Source: Verrucomicrobiota bacterium (GTDB lineage: Bacteria; Verrucomicrobiota; Verrucomicrobiia; Limisphaerales; UBA11358). From it: a stretch of 54,077 nucleotides of DNA. The notes below the pieces were generated by a model. It was not told where the DNA came from. It did no database searches and saw only the letters and a program-made list of their open reading frames with translations. Where the stretch lies: positions 1 to 54,077 of the forward strand of contig JBEKON010000009.1 in assembly GCA_049521735.1 (NCBI GenBank). The letters run 5' to 3'. The translations under genes and the position numbers were made by a program. The first letter of the stretch is position 1. Each line of letters starts with the position of its first letter. This document shows positions 18,473-29,377 of the stretch, one piece after another.

Positions 18473-19066
18473 ATGAACCCATCCACGCCGCCCAATCGTC
18501 CAACCCTGACCGAAGCTCTTGACGCCTGGAAAAAACTGCTGGCCGAGCGCGGCCTTTCGACCGACCTGCTCTGGATTTTTGAGGAAAACCTTTGCTTCGA
18601 AAAAGAGCGCGGTGCACAGGGCGGTTTTCATTTGGGCTTTCAAACCAAATTCACGACACCCCCCGAGGACGCGCTCGATATCGCGTTCGACCATTTCTCC
18701 GAATCCGGCGCGCGCATTGTGTTTTACCGGCTCGGTCACGCCAGGCGGGATGGCGGCCGATCCGTCTGCGCTTTGCTGTGCGACAGGTGGTTCGACGCAA
18801 AGGACGCAAGCGAAGGCTATCTGCACCGGAACGAATGGCACATGTCATTTCATCCCGGCCTCGACAAGGAAATCGAGGAAATCACCGACTTAAGCCGCTG
18901 GCTGCGGCGAGTCAAACGCGGGCGCGGCTTTCACGACCTTGATTTCTGCATGACGCTCGCCATGATTGACGAAATCAAAACCTACGGCCGCCCGCTTGCG
19001 CCCTACGAACACTTCGCCAAGACGATGCTCAACCGCCTGCGCCGGTTTCTGGGGCAACCCACTTGA
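18473..19066 (+). CDS. Hypothetical protein
   Basis: 197-aa ORF starting 10 nt after the epimerase gene. It has coding-like composition but no motif I recognise. Confidence 0.5.
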   Translation: MNPSTPPNRPTLTEALDAWKKLLAERGLSTDLLWIFEENLCFEKERGAQGGFHLGFQTKFTTPPEDALDIAFDHFSESGARIVFYRLGHARRDGGRSVCALLCDRWFDAKDASEGYLHRNEWHMSFHPGLDKEIEEITDLSRWLRRVKRGRGFHDLDFCMTLAMIDEIKTYGRPLAPYEHFAKTMLNRLRRFLGQPT

Positions 19067-19362
19067 ATCACTTTTCTTTTACCGCAGGCGTGTTGGTTTT
19101 TGTCTCGAATGCCAAACGGAGCAGCCGGTGTTGCACGGGCCTGTCTTAAACCGTATCGCCAGCCGGTTAAAAAGGTTTTTAATCTCACGCCACCGCCTTC
19201 GCGCGAGTGGCGCTATGGCGCGTCAAGAAGACGCCAAGGCGCTGTATCCGCAGACCTGTCCTCCGTAGTCCCGCGCTGCGGGACGAAGGATGGATTGCGC
19301 CGATTGACGCAGATTTCAAATAAGCCATGTAATGGCGGAGAGAAAATAGCCCGCGGTTTTAA

Positions 19363-21684
<2,322 letters not shown>

Positions 21685-21752
21685 CCACAAAGACACAAAG
21701 GCACGAAGATAATTTTCACCGCAGAGACGCAGAGATGTGGAGCATTTTAAAA

Positions 21753-21850
21753 GGTAGGGCTCGCTGTCCCCAGCGAGCCGTGTAATTTGGGAGGGTCGCC
21801 ATGTTGGCGACCCCAATATCAGGGACGGCAACATGCCGTCCTTCCCAATC
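21753..21850. repeat. Family B hairpin cluster downstream of ligA
   Basis: ggtagggctcgctgtccccagcgagcc, gggtcgccatgttggcgaccc and ggacggcaacatgccgtcc are three GC hairpins. The last two recur at 23744-23810 and the first at 31554. Confidence 0.85.
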
Positions 21851-21853
21851 GTT

Positions 21854-22093
21854 TCAGCGCGGGTTAAGGATATCTTCCTTCTGCACACCTTTGACCTCGG
21901 CTACGGAGCGCAAGATGGCATTGAGCGTGCCGATGCGCAACGGGTCGTGAGCGGGAACTGCCAATCGGTGGTGGCGTGGTAAATCTGTTTCCAGAATGAC
22001 ATGACTCCCCTCCTGATTAACCCGGCGGTAACCGTGACGTTTGCAGAGCAGCTTGATTAACTCCGTGCCGCTCAAATCGCGCGGCAGTTTCAT
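21854..22093 (-). CDS. hicA: HicA-family toxin (YcfA-like mRNA interferase)
   Basis: 79 aa. LSGTELIKLLCKRHGYRRVNQEGSHVIL...AVPAHDPLRIGTLNAILRSV is the typical HicA/YcfA pattern. It overlaps hicB by 4 nt. Confidence 0.8.
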   Translation of the reverse strand: MKLPRDLSGTELIKLLCKRHGYRRVNQEGSHVILETDLPRHHRLAVPAHDPLRIGTLNAILRSVAEVKGVQKEDILNPR

Positions 22094-22296
22094 GCGCTGG
22101 CCAGAAGTTCGTCCCGCACCAGATGCAGCCGCACGGTGGTGGGTTTGGGCTGGTCAAAGAAATAGGCCGACACGGCCTCACGCACATTGGAGCGTAATTC
22201 CTCCCACGTGTTGCCTTGCGTAAAAATGTCGTGCGAAAGACATTCGGCAACATAGCCGCCGTCGCTTTCCTGCATCACGCTAAAGACAATTTCCAT
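22090..22296 (-). CDS. hicB: HicB-family antitoxin (UPF0150-type)
   Basis: Internal Met of ORF 22090..22464 gives MEIVFSVMQESDGGYVAECLSHDIFTQGNTWEELRSNVREAVSAYFFD..VRLHLVRDE. The longer ORF N-terminus is antisense to a ligA-tail repeat. Confidence 0.75.
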   Translation of the reverse strand: MEIVFSVMQESDGGYVAECLSHDIFTQGNTWEELRSNVREAVSAYFFDQPKPTTVRLHLVRDELLASA

Positions 22297-22419
22297 GGCA
22301 CAACTATCACCCGGAATCCGGTGAAAAACAAGCCTTTCCTTGCTGGCTCCAGCCGGCTTTTTATCCACAGATTTCACAGATTCACACTGATTTTTCTCTG
22401 CGCCTTTGCGTAAATCTTT

Positions 22420-22497
22420 GCCGCCAAAACTCGACAAGGCCAACAAGCTCGGCGTAAAAATCATCAGCGAAGCGGAGTTTTTGAATATGATTTAACC
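22420..22497 (+). repeat. Diverged extra copy of the ligA 3' end (copy 2)
   Basis: gccgccaaaactcgacaaggccaacaagctcggcgtaaaaatcatcagcgaagcggagtttttgaatatgatttaa would encode ..[22 protein letters not shown]. The ligA end is ..[22 protein letters not shown]. Confidence 0.85.
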
Positions 22498-22584
22498 CGC
22501 AAAGGCGCAATGGTTTGTTTCACGTATTCTTGTGCATCGGTTTTAATACTTGAGCTTTCCGTAAATTTCAGAAATACTCATATC

Positions 22585-23634
22585 ATGGTTAAAAAATCGT
22601 GGCTGCAGGCGCTGTTGCTCTGGGCTTTGCTCTACCCCATCCCAGCAACAGTCAATGCCACGACTTTTTTGCGTTTGCAAAGCACTTATCTTGGTGATGG
22701 CTGGTTTCAATACGAGATGGATGTTTTAAATGACCCGTTCTTTTCAGAAGCGGATATCACTGATTTACGAATTACTTCTTCGAACGAGATCGACCACAGC
22801 ACGGATTCAACGAATTGGGTCAATTATAATTGGGACAATTCCTCTTCGTACTGGCATTTCAATTCCAGCTACCCAACGCGTCCTTATGAGGAGACTTTCC
22901 TGGTTCGAAGTTCCGAAACCTCCTACAAACTGGGCGTTTTTACCAATCTCCAAGGAGCAATTTTCTTTCTGTCATTGTATGGTAGCGACTTTGCCCCGAC
23001 CAACTTCAGCAAAAACATAGTTGGATACGCGTGGGTCCCGTGCCTTATCCCATGCAGTCCTGAAGAGGCGGACAATTCCCCGACCAATTTTGTTTATGAT
23101 TTGAAGCTGCTGCCGGATATTGAAATCAATCAGTTGATTCAAACCAACGGCGAATTCCATGGAGTGGATTTTACATGGGATGATGAATCTACATTTGTGC
23201 TGCAAGGTACTGCCGATTTTCTAAATTGGACAAACATCGCCTACATCTGGAGCTACCCACCCGAAACGGTTTGGACGACTAACATATCTCTGGGTGATTA
23301 TGGCCAATTCTTCCGGATCGCTCTCGTTGCAGGCGGGCACAGTTCATCCCTGCCACCATTGAGTTCGAGCTTGGTACTTGCGCCAAAAACACTGGCAAAA
23401 GCCAACGTCGCTTCAACAACGCCTCGTGTGACAAGTTGCAAGCCAGCCGATAGCAATGTGGTTGTCAGCCTTGCCACGAAACCCAATCAGCCTGTTCAAG
23501 TACAGGCCATAGATGCTCACGGTACAGTCTATCAAACACAATTGATTACACCACAAGGCACTTCAGCAACCGTAAACTTTACCACTGTCGGTCTGCCCAA
23601 TCCTGTCTTCTTTCAAGTCGTTCCCGTCCAGTAA
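22585..23634 (+). CDS. Hypothetical secreted protein (AT-richer cargo gene)
   Basis: The Met at 22585 gives signal peptide MVKKSWLQALLLWALLYPIPATVNA. The protein is Asn/Ser/Thr/Trp-rich with no recognised domain. It is bracketed by copies 2 and 3 of the ligA 3' end. Confidence 0.55.
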   Translation: MVKKSWLQALLLWALLYPIPATVNATTFLRLQSTYLGDGWFQYEMDVLNDPFFSEADITDLRITSSNEIDHSTDSTNWVNYNWDNSSSYWHFNSSYPTRPYEETFLVRSSETSYKLGVFTNLQGAIFFLSLYGSDFAPTNFSKNIVGYAWVPCLIPCSPEEADNSPTNFVYDLKLLPDIEINQLIQTNGEFHGVDFTWDDESTFVLQGTADFLNWTNIAYIWSYPPETVWTTNISLGDYGQFFRIALVAGGHSSSLPPLSSSLVLAPKTLAKANVASTTPRVTSCKPADSNVVVSLATKPNQPVQVQAIDAHGTVYQTQLITPQGTSATVNFTTVGLPNPVFFQVVPVQ

Positions 23635-23637
23635 CAA

Positions 23638-23718
23638 GAAGCCGGCTCAAAACTCGACAAGGCACAAAAGCTCGGCGTAAAAATCATCAGCGAGAAGGAA
23701 TTCCGGGCGATGATTTAA
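23638..23718 (+). repeat. Near-identical extra copy of the ligA 3' end (copy 3)
   Basis: gaagccggctcaaaactcgacaaggcacaaaagctcggcgtaaaaatcatcagcgagaaggaattccgggcgatgatttaa differs from ligA 21601-21684 at only a few positions. Confidence 0.9.
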
Positions 23719-23743
23719 TCACCAAGACGCGAAGGCACGAAGT

Positions 23744-23810
23744 AATTTGGGAGGGTCGCCATGTTGGCGACCCAAATATCAGGGACGGCAACATGCCGTC
23801 CTTCCCAATC
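23744..23810. repeat. Family B hairpin pair (duplicate of 21783-21850)
   Basis: taatttgggagggtcgccatgttggcgacccaaatatcagggacggcaacatgccgtccttcccaatc is nearly identical to 21783-21850. Confidence 0.9.
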
Positions 23811-23894
23811 ACGGCAAACGCCAGACACCGCTGCCCACTTCATGCGTGACAATTGGTTGTTGATTTTGTCAGACGGAAAACGAAGGATGAATCC

Positions 23895-24323
23895 ATGAGA
23901 AGAACAAAAGTTATCCTAAGCTTCGTTTCCATCGCAGTGCTGTTTTGGGTTGTGGGATGCTACACACTGCACAAATCGGATTTGGCCACGCTCCAAGGGA
24001 CATGGAAGGGTCACGAAATTGCCGGCAATACGGAAGGTTCGCGTTACCTTATCATCTCCGGCAACGCGATTGAGTTCCAGGGAGTGAATTCCGATGATTG
24101 GTGCAAGGGAACCTTTACCATTCGGGAAGACACGAATCCGCGACAGATTGTTGGGACGGTTACTGAATGTCACATGCACAAGTATGTTGGCAAAACCGCT
24201 TACGCCATCTACCGGCTGGAGGGGGACACCCTCACCGTCACGGGATATGAGCCCGGTACTCCCAACGTGCCATCCGATTTCGATGCGCCTGGCGCCCGAC
24301 ACTTCGTCCTCAAACGGGACTAG
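23895..24323 (+). CDS. TIGR03067-family lipoprotein
   Basis: MRRTKVILSFVSIAVLFWVVGC contains a lipobox. It continues LATLQGTWKG.E......, GTFTIREDTNPRQI and AIYRLEGDTLTV, the TIGR03067 pattern. Confidence 0.7.
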   Translation: MRRTKVILSFVSIAVLFWVVGCYTLHKSDLATLQGTWKGHEIAGNTEGSRYLIISGNAIEFQGVNSDDWCKGTFTIREDTNPRQIVGTVTECHMHKYVGKTAYAIYRLEGDTLTVTGYEPGTPNVPSDFDAPGARHFVLKRD

Positions 24324-24621
24324 CGCCTGCCGTTCCCAATTCACTTCAGCGCAATAACCCAGATGGGAACGGTGATGGATTCGCGAATCGGTGAGCGCTG
24401 GCTTTTGAGTTGATACCAGAACCCGCACTCGGAGCATGAATAATCACTGGCCGGATGTCCCGGCTCCAGCTAGGTCAGTTTCAGTTGAAGAACGACTCTG
24501 ACCCGTTCCTGATGGGATGTGAATAACTTTTTCTGGACTGAAAAACAGGAAGAAGTAGGGTCGATTTATCAGACAGAGAACGACATTTCCGGTCAATACC
24601 TATTAAGCTAACACACTCATT

Positions 24622-25359
24622 ATGAACGCATCCCTGTATTTAAGTAAAATAGCATTGGTTGCTTCTCTCTCGGCGATACTAATTACTGCGTCAGCTGCCG
24701 ATGTAATCTTCGATTTTAACACAGACGGTGTTTTACCGAGTAGCCAAGGAGCTATATATCGAGGCGAGTCACCTGAGACTTCTGCCTTTTCGGTAAGTAA
24801 CGGATTGCTACACTTGGATACCTTTACCATATTTTCAGCCGCCTACCAAATTCCGGATATCTTTAACAGCGATTGGGGCATTACGCTTGAATGGCGGGCT
24901 AGAGTTGTTCAAACCGTTGGACCTGATTTCGGGCCGGGAATTTCACTTTGTTCAGGCCCATATTCATGGACTTTTGCTATGACAGATACTGGAATATCCG
25001 AATACGCTGGCTATCACTCACCAGATGGAAGTGGGTGGGGATCGTGGCACACTGCTGCTTCGTTTAGTAGTGGTGATTTCCACACGTTCAGACTCGTTAT
25101 TCCAGCAAACAGTCTGGACTACAACCTTTTCGTGGACGATGTTCTTAAGTATTCGGGCACCGCAGCGACCACGGACCCTGGCAAAAATCTCTCGGCTGGA
25201 TCGTTTTATTGGGGAGAAGGATTGACTGATAGCTGGAATCAGAGTCAGTCTGAGTGGGATTACGTTCAGATACAGAACGTGCCTGAACCATCTACTTTCG
25301 CATTGCTTTCAATGGTTGGCGTGACGCTGATTGTTAGGAGAATCAACCGCGCCCACTAA
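24622..25359 (+). CDS. PEP-CTERM-anchored secreted protein
   Basis: It has an N-terminal signal peptide. The C-terminus VPEPSTFALLSMVGVTLIVRRINRAH has the PEP motif, a TM helix and a basic tail. Confidence 0.75.
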   Translation: MNASLYLSKIALVASLSAILITASAADVIFDFNTDGVLPSSQGAIYRGESPETSAFSVSNGLLHLDTFTIFSAAYQIPDIFNSDWGITLEWRARVVQTVGPDFGPGISLCSGPYSWTFAMTDTGISEYAGYHSPDGSGWGSWHTAASFSSGDFHTFRLVIPANSLDYNLFVDDVLKYSGTAATTDPGKNLSAGSFYWGEGLTDSWNQSQSEWDYVQIQNVPEPSTFALLSMVGVTLIVRRINRAH

Positions 25360-25924
25360 AAGTAGCGGCTGACACAATCGAATAAATATTGGAATTTTGC
25401 TTCGACAATTCGTTGAGCAGATTGGCAAACATATATGCGTCGTGCCTGTTCGATTTTTCTTGCGTCATCAACAAGCATGCAAGTTTGTAGAGAAAATCAA
25501 CAGAGTATTCGCCTCGTGTTTCCAACTCTTTGAATTTTTCCAAGTCGCCCACATGTTTGCTGATCGAGGAAAGAAATTCTTCCCGCTCTAAATTTGATTT
25601 CAAGGGTTGCACATCTTTCCACTTTCCCTTGATAAACTCGATGAATTCGATGGTTGTCTCCTTTTTCGTTTGCATTTTGAGAAGTAAGTCCACAGCCCAG
25701 TGGATGTGTTTTGGTGTTCTTGGGCGCGACCATTTATCCTCAATAAATTGCCTGTATTTGATTATGATGTCGAACGGCGAAATACTACCCTCGTAAACAC
25801 CAACAAAAAAATCGCTGCCAACCAGAAAAGTTTTAAGCAGTTTTAGGTCTCTTCCATCCCTGGCAGTAATTACCAACGGAAGATCCGCAGGGTTTTGTGC
25901 TTTATCGGTGTGTTCGATATTCAT
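25343..25924 (-). CDS. Hypothetical protein adjacent to the R-M genes (no recognised domain)
   Basis: 193-aa AT-rich ORF 18 nt downstream of the endonuclease gene. Its 3' end overlaps the convergent PEP-CTERM gene by 17 nt. Confidence 0.5.
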   Translation of the reverse strand: MNIEHTDKAQNPADLPLVITARDGRDLKLLKTFLVGSDFFVGVYEGSISPFDIIIKYRQFIEDKWSRPRTPKHIHWAVDLLLKMQTKKETTIEFIEFIKGKWKDVQPLKSNLEREEFLSSISKHVGDLEKFKELETRGEYSVDFLYKLACLLMTQEKSNRHDAYMFANLLNELSKQNSNIYSIVSAATFSGRG

Positions 25925-25942
25925 TTTTGAACACTCGAACCT

Positions 25943-26482
25943 TTAGGCTGGGTCAGGCAAACCAAGCCACGCGAGTGGCAAGGAACCGAATTTGTAGTGA
26001 CAGTTAACGCTTTGGATGTAATCCAGAACGTCTTTGTAGCGCGGGTCTTTGAACCAATCGCTCAACACGTAAACGTATTCGACTTTCAAACCGAGCGGCG
26101 TGACCAACTTGAGATATTGCTTCCGCTTGAAATCGCACGTCTGCAATTTCTCATCCACCGAACCTTCAACCTGCTGATACTTCACCTCAATGATGAAAAG
26201 CGTTTCGCGCACAATGACAAGCAATGCATCATCTGGTAGTAGCTTCTTTGTAAGCATTGGTTTCCAATTGACGCCTTCCTCGTCCAGAAATTCGTAAAAG
26301 TCGTGCTTGCGGAAACAGCGAGCGACAAGCTGGCCTTTGAAGAAAACTCCTTTACCCGCTTTGCCAGAAACTGGCTTCACTTCGTAGCCAGACTTGGCTG
26401 CAAGCAAGGTTTGGAAATCAACGTGCCTTTCAAAATTCAATCCCGTCAGCGTGTTTGCTCCGCCGAAGCCTTTTTCTTTCAT
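25943..26482 (-). CDS. Putative Type II restriction endonuclease (PD-(D/E)xK fold)
   Basis: 179 aa. LLPDDALLVIVRETLFIIEVKYQQ fits PD...ExK. It overlaps the methyltransferase stop by 4 nt. Specificity is unknown. Confidence 0.6.
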   Translation of the reverse strand: MKEKGFGGANTLTGLNFERHVDFQTLLAAKSGYEVKPVSGKAGKGVFFKGQLVARCFRKHDFYEFLDEEGVNWKPMLTKKLLPDDALLVIVRETLFIIEVKYQQVEGSVDEKLQTCDFKRKQYLKLVTPLGLKVEYVYVLSDWFKDPRYKDVLDYIQSVNCHYKFGSLPLAWLGLPDPA

Positions 26483-27399
26483 TTAAAAAGTTCTCCTTCT
26501 GTTTTTACGATTTCGGCTTTGATGCGTTTCGCCGCGAGCTTCGCGTGCGCTTCGTCCAATTCAATTCCGACGCAGCCACGTTTTAGTTTGATGGAGGCAA
26601 TCGCCGTCGTTCCGCCGCCCAGAAACGGGTCAAGGACGAGGTCGTTTTCGTTTGTTGAAGCCAGCAAACAGCGTTCAACCAGCGCCACGGGTTTTTGCGT
26701 CGGGTGGCGTCCGAATTGTTTTTCATCATTTCCAGGTGCACTGAGTGTCCATATTGAATTGAGCGATAAATCTGCTTTTGCACCCGACAGGCTCGGGGCG
26801 TTAGGCGTCAGGCTTGAGGTTTCCCCCGCGCCTCGCGCCTCGTGCCCCGCGCCTACGCCGCGCCAAACTGTCTTTAATTGTTTTCCAGTAATCGCCTTCA
26901 TCGCGTCGTAATTAAAAACGTGTTTGCTTTTTTCGTTCTTTGCGGCCCACAGAACGGTTTCCGTCGAGTGCGTGAAATAACGGCAGCTTAAGTTGGGCGG
27001 TGGATTGGGTTTTTCCCACGCGATGTCGTTGAGAATTTTATAGCCGAGTTGTTGCATGGCGTAGCCGATGGAGAAAATGACGTGGTGCGTGCCAGTCACC
27101 CAAATTGTGCCGTTCGGTTTCAACACGCGCTGGCAGCGTCGCAACCATTCGACGTTGAATTCGTGGTTCAGTTCCGGTCCGCGCGAGACATCCCAATCGC
27201 CTTTGTCCACCTTGACCATGCGTCCGGCGTGGCAGGTGATGCCGCCGTTGGAGAGGAAATACGGCGGGTCGGCAAAGATGGCGTCGAATCTGCCTTCGGG
27301 ATATTTGGCGGCAATGGCGTCGAGGAGTTCGAGGCAATTGCCGTGGTAAAGACGGAGGAAGGGGTTGTCAGAGGAAAAGATCAACCGTGGGACGGACAT
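26479..27399 (-). CDS. DNA methyltransferase, beta-class N6A/N4C (DPPY before the SAM-binding motif)
   Basis: FADPPYF (motif IV) is followed by FGRHPTQKPVALVERCL..NDLVLDPFLGGGTTAIA (motif I). I set the start at MSVPRLIFSS (27399), because the 83-aa upstream extension of ORF 26479..27648 is built from repeat elements. Confidence 0.85.
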   Translation of the reverse strand: MSVPRLIFSSDNPFLRLYHGNCLELLDAIAAKYPEGRFDAIFADPPYFLSNGGITCHAGRMVKVDKGDWDVSRGPELNHEFNVEWLRRCQRVLKPNGTIWVTGTHHVIFSIGYAMQQLGYKILNDIAWEKPNPPPNLSCRYFTHSTETVLWAAKNEKSKHVFNYDAMKAITGKQLKTVWRGVGAGHEARGAGETSSLTPNAPSLSGAKADLSLNSIWTLSAPGNDEKQFGRHPTQKPVALVERCLLASTNENDLVLDPFLGGGTTAIASIKLKRGCVGIELDEAHAKLAAKRIKAEIVKTEGELFK

Positions 27400-27465
27400 C
27401 TTGTCTGTCTCACTTTTTTCCGATTCAGCAGAAGAATATGGAGACAGGCGGGACGCCTGTCCTAC
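27387..27465. repeat. MITE-like double-hairpin element (family B) overlapping the methyltransferase start codon
   Basis: The right arm gagacaggcgggacgcctgtcctac matches the ligA copy. The degenerate left arm gtgggacggacatcttgtctgtctc contains the MTase ATG (27397-27399, minus strand). Confidence 0.7.
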
Positions 27466-27531
27466 AATCGAACCATCTTCACGAAGTTTGAAATGTGCCG
27501 GGGAAATGGGATGGGCATGGGGCAAGTCAAT

Positions 27532-27585
27532 GGTAGGGACATCTCGCCGAGATGTCCGCGGACGCGTCGGCGACGCGTCCCTACC
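27532..27585. repeat. Family B element bounded by GGTAGGG...CCCTACC
   Basis: ggtagggacatctcgccgagatgtccgcggacgcgtcggcgacgcgtccctacc contains two perfect hairpins between inverted termini. Confidence 0.85.
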
Positions 27586-27730
27586 TTTTGGCGGCGGCTT
27601 ACGATAGAACGGTTTGGGTTTACGTGGCGTTTTGGACTTCTTCGGCACGCCGGGATCAATTGATCAGATCGCGGATCGGGATCAAGGGAATTCCTCCCTC
27701 CTTACCGTTGCTCTCCTGGGAGAATCCGGC

Positions 27731-28168
27731 TCAATCCATCTGCTTTTTCCGATACTGTTTGTGAAGATGTTTGGGAATGGACGGGCTCAAAAATGTGTTC
27801 CCCTTGTGGACTTCCCGAATCGCGTGGCACAGATTGTCAACGGCGGTGTGTTTGATGAGATAGCCCATCGCGCCGGATTTGGCCGCCTCTTCGACATACT
27901 CTTCATCACTATGCGCCGAAAGCATGAGCACTTTGGTGGCAGGGACGGCTTTGAGAATCCGGCGCGTCGCTTGCAAACCACTGAGCAGCGGCATGGCAAT
28001 GTCCATCAGAACCAATGCGGGACGAAGTTTTTTGACCATGGCGACCGCCTGACGGCCGTTTTTCGCTTCGCCGACCACTTCAAGATCGTCTTCGCGTTCC
28101 AGGATCTTTCTAATATCCCTACGCACGAGCGTGTTGTCGTCCGCCAGCAAGACAGTGATTCGCTTCAT
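27731..28168 (-). CDS. Response regulator, receiver domain only (NarL/FixJ-like linker, no HTH)
   Basis: MKRITVLLADDN..LVLMDIAMP..KVLMLSAH...GYLIK is a receiver domain. The protein ends shortly after AIREVHKGNTFLSPSI, where a LuxR-type HTH would normally follow. Confidence 0.8.
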   Translation of the reverse strand: MKRITVLLADDNTLVRRDIRKILEREDDLEVVGEAKNGRQAVAMVKKLRPALVLMDIAMPLLSGLQATRRILKAVPATKVLMLSAHSDEEYVEEAAKSGAMGYLIKHTAVDNLCHAIREVHKGNTFLSPSIPKHLHKQYRKKQMD

Positions 28169-28293
28169 GAAAATAGTGTTACGTCCCTTCGTATCCTTCG
28201 CGCTCTTCGCGCGAAATACCACCACATCAGCGTAAATCTGTGAAATCTACGGCTAAAACTTCGCGCCTTCGTGTCTTGGTGGTTCAAAAACTT

Positions 28294-28842
28294 TTATTTT
28301 TCTCCCTTGTCGTCGGCAAGATAACGTTCGATGTGGCGGTCAAGGTCGGAAAGGCCTCCGGCACAAGTCGCGGCCTGCACTCGCTCCACCATTTCAAGGC
28401 ACCAAGCCTCTTCTTCCACCTGTTCATTGATGAACCACTGCATGAGAAGCTGCGCCGGGTAATCCCTGGCGCCAAGGGCGGCTTCGTAAACCGAATTGAC
28501 GCCTTGTGTGTTGGCCTGCTCCATGGCTTGTGCGTGACGGGCCACTTCGAGGAGCGACTTGAAATCGCACTTGGGCGCAGCGATGGCAGTCGTCTTCGGC
28601 ATTACATCGCGGTCAATAACGTGGGCGATGATTTTCCCCGCGTGAACCTGTTCTTCGGCAGCTTGTTTGGTGAAATAACCCGCAAAGCCTTTCAAGTTCT
28701 GGGTCTCACACCAGATGGACAGGGCGCGATAACTGTGGGCGGCACCGAGTTCCTCATTAAACTGGCGGTTGAGCTCGGCCAGCACTTTTGCGGAGATTTT
28801 AGAGGGATGCATCATGGTTCTTTTGTTGGTTTTCTTAATCAT
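28294..28842 (-). CDS. Ferritin-like protein (non-haem ferritin family)
   Basis: LNRQFNEELGAAHSYRALSIWC....L.GFA.YF..QA.EE..HA.KI......R is the ferritin di-iron pattern. Start is uncertain: Met at 28842 or 28815. Confidence 0.85.
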   Translation of the reverse strand: MIKKTNKRTMMHPSKISAKVLAELNRQFNEELGAAHSYRALSIWCETQNLKGFAGYFTKQAAEEQVHAGKIIAHVIDRDVMPKTTAIAAPKCDFKSLLEVARHAQAMEQANTQGVNSVYEAALGARDYPAQLLMQWFINEQVEEEAWCLEMVERVQAATCAGGLSDLDRHIERYLADDKGEK

Positions 28843-28843
28843 A

Positions 28844-28873
28844 GCAGGGCGGCACATTGCTGCGCCGCCCTGC
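28844..28873 (-). other. GC-rich hairpin between the lipoprotein gene and the ferritin start (terminator or 5'-UTR structure)
   Basis: gcagggcggc / gccgccctgc forms a 10-bp stem with a 10-nt loop and no clear U-tract. It lies directly 5' of the ferritin Met at 28842. Confidence 0.3.
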
Positions 28874-28906
28874 CATTAGAACAATCAGCGGAACCTGCGG
28901 ATTGTT

Positions 28907-29290
28907 TTATTGGGTCTTTTCGACAGCGTTTTTACGGGTGATATCGGCTACAACAACGTGCATCCACCCTTGATCGTATTCTTGAATATAATTGAGGTCA
29001 TAGTTTTTCCAGCCCCTGTTTTTGGCTTCGCTTGCAGCAACAGCCGAGGCCGCTTGTTTCACATAAATGATGCGATCCGTTCCCTTCAAAGCAGTGCCTT
29101 GATGGACGATAACGTGGAAATCTGTGTCATTAACATTCTCAATGGCATAGTTGGGTGAGGTTGGAAGGTTTTGATGGAAATCCTGGTTAAAGGATCCCTC
29201 ATTGGTTGTGGCGCAACCAGTGGCTAAAAGCGCAAGGGTTGCATTCAATAACAGCAGCCGGATTGTCCAGCGGAGTTGATTTATTTTCAT
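28907..29290 (-). CDS. Hypothetical lipoprotein
   Basis: 127 aa with a signal peptide and lipobox (LALLATGC). No recognised domain. Confidence 0.6.
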   Translation of the reverse strand: MKINQLRWTIRLLLLNATLALLATGCATTNEGSFNQDFHQNLPTSPNYAIENVNDTDFHVIVHQGTALKGTDRIIYVKQAASAVAASEAKNRGWKNYDLNYIQEYDQGWMHVVVADITRKNAVEKTQ

Positions 29291-29377
29291 GCCGCCAAAT
29301 TAACAGATTCCGGCTGTGGCTGGCTATGGGGTGAACACCCCATGTGAAACCGTGCAGCGGTGTGTTATCTTACCGGC

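Noticed and set aside
22297-22464. An extended N-terminus of the HicB ORF (MIFTPSLLALSSF..).
   Set aside because: This part is the antisense of the duplicated ligA tail (compare the identical artefact ORF 21438..21653). The HicB homology starts at MEIVFSV.
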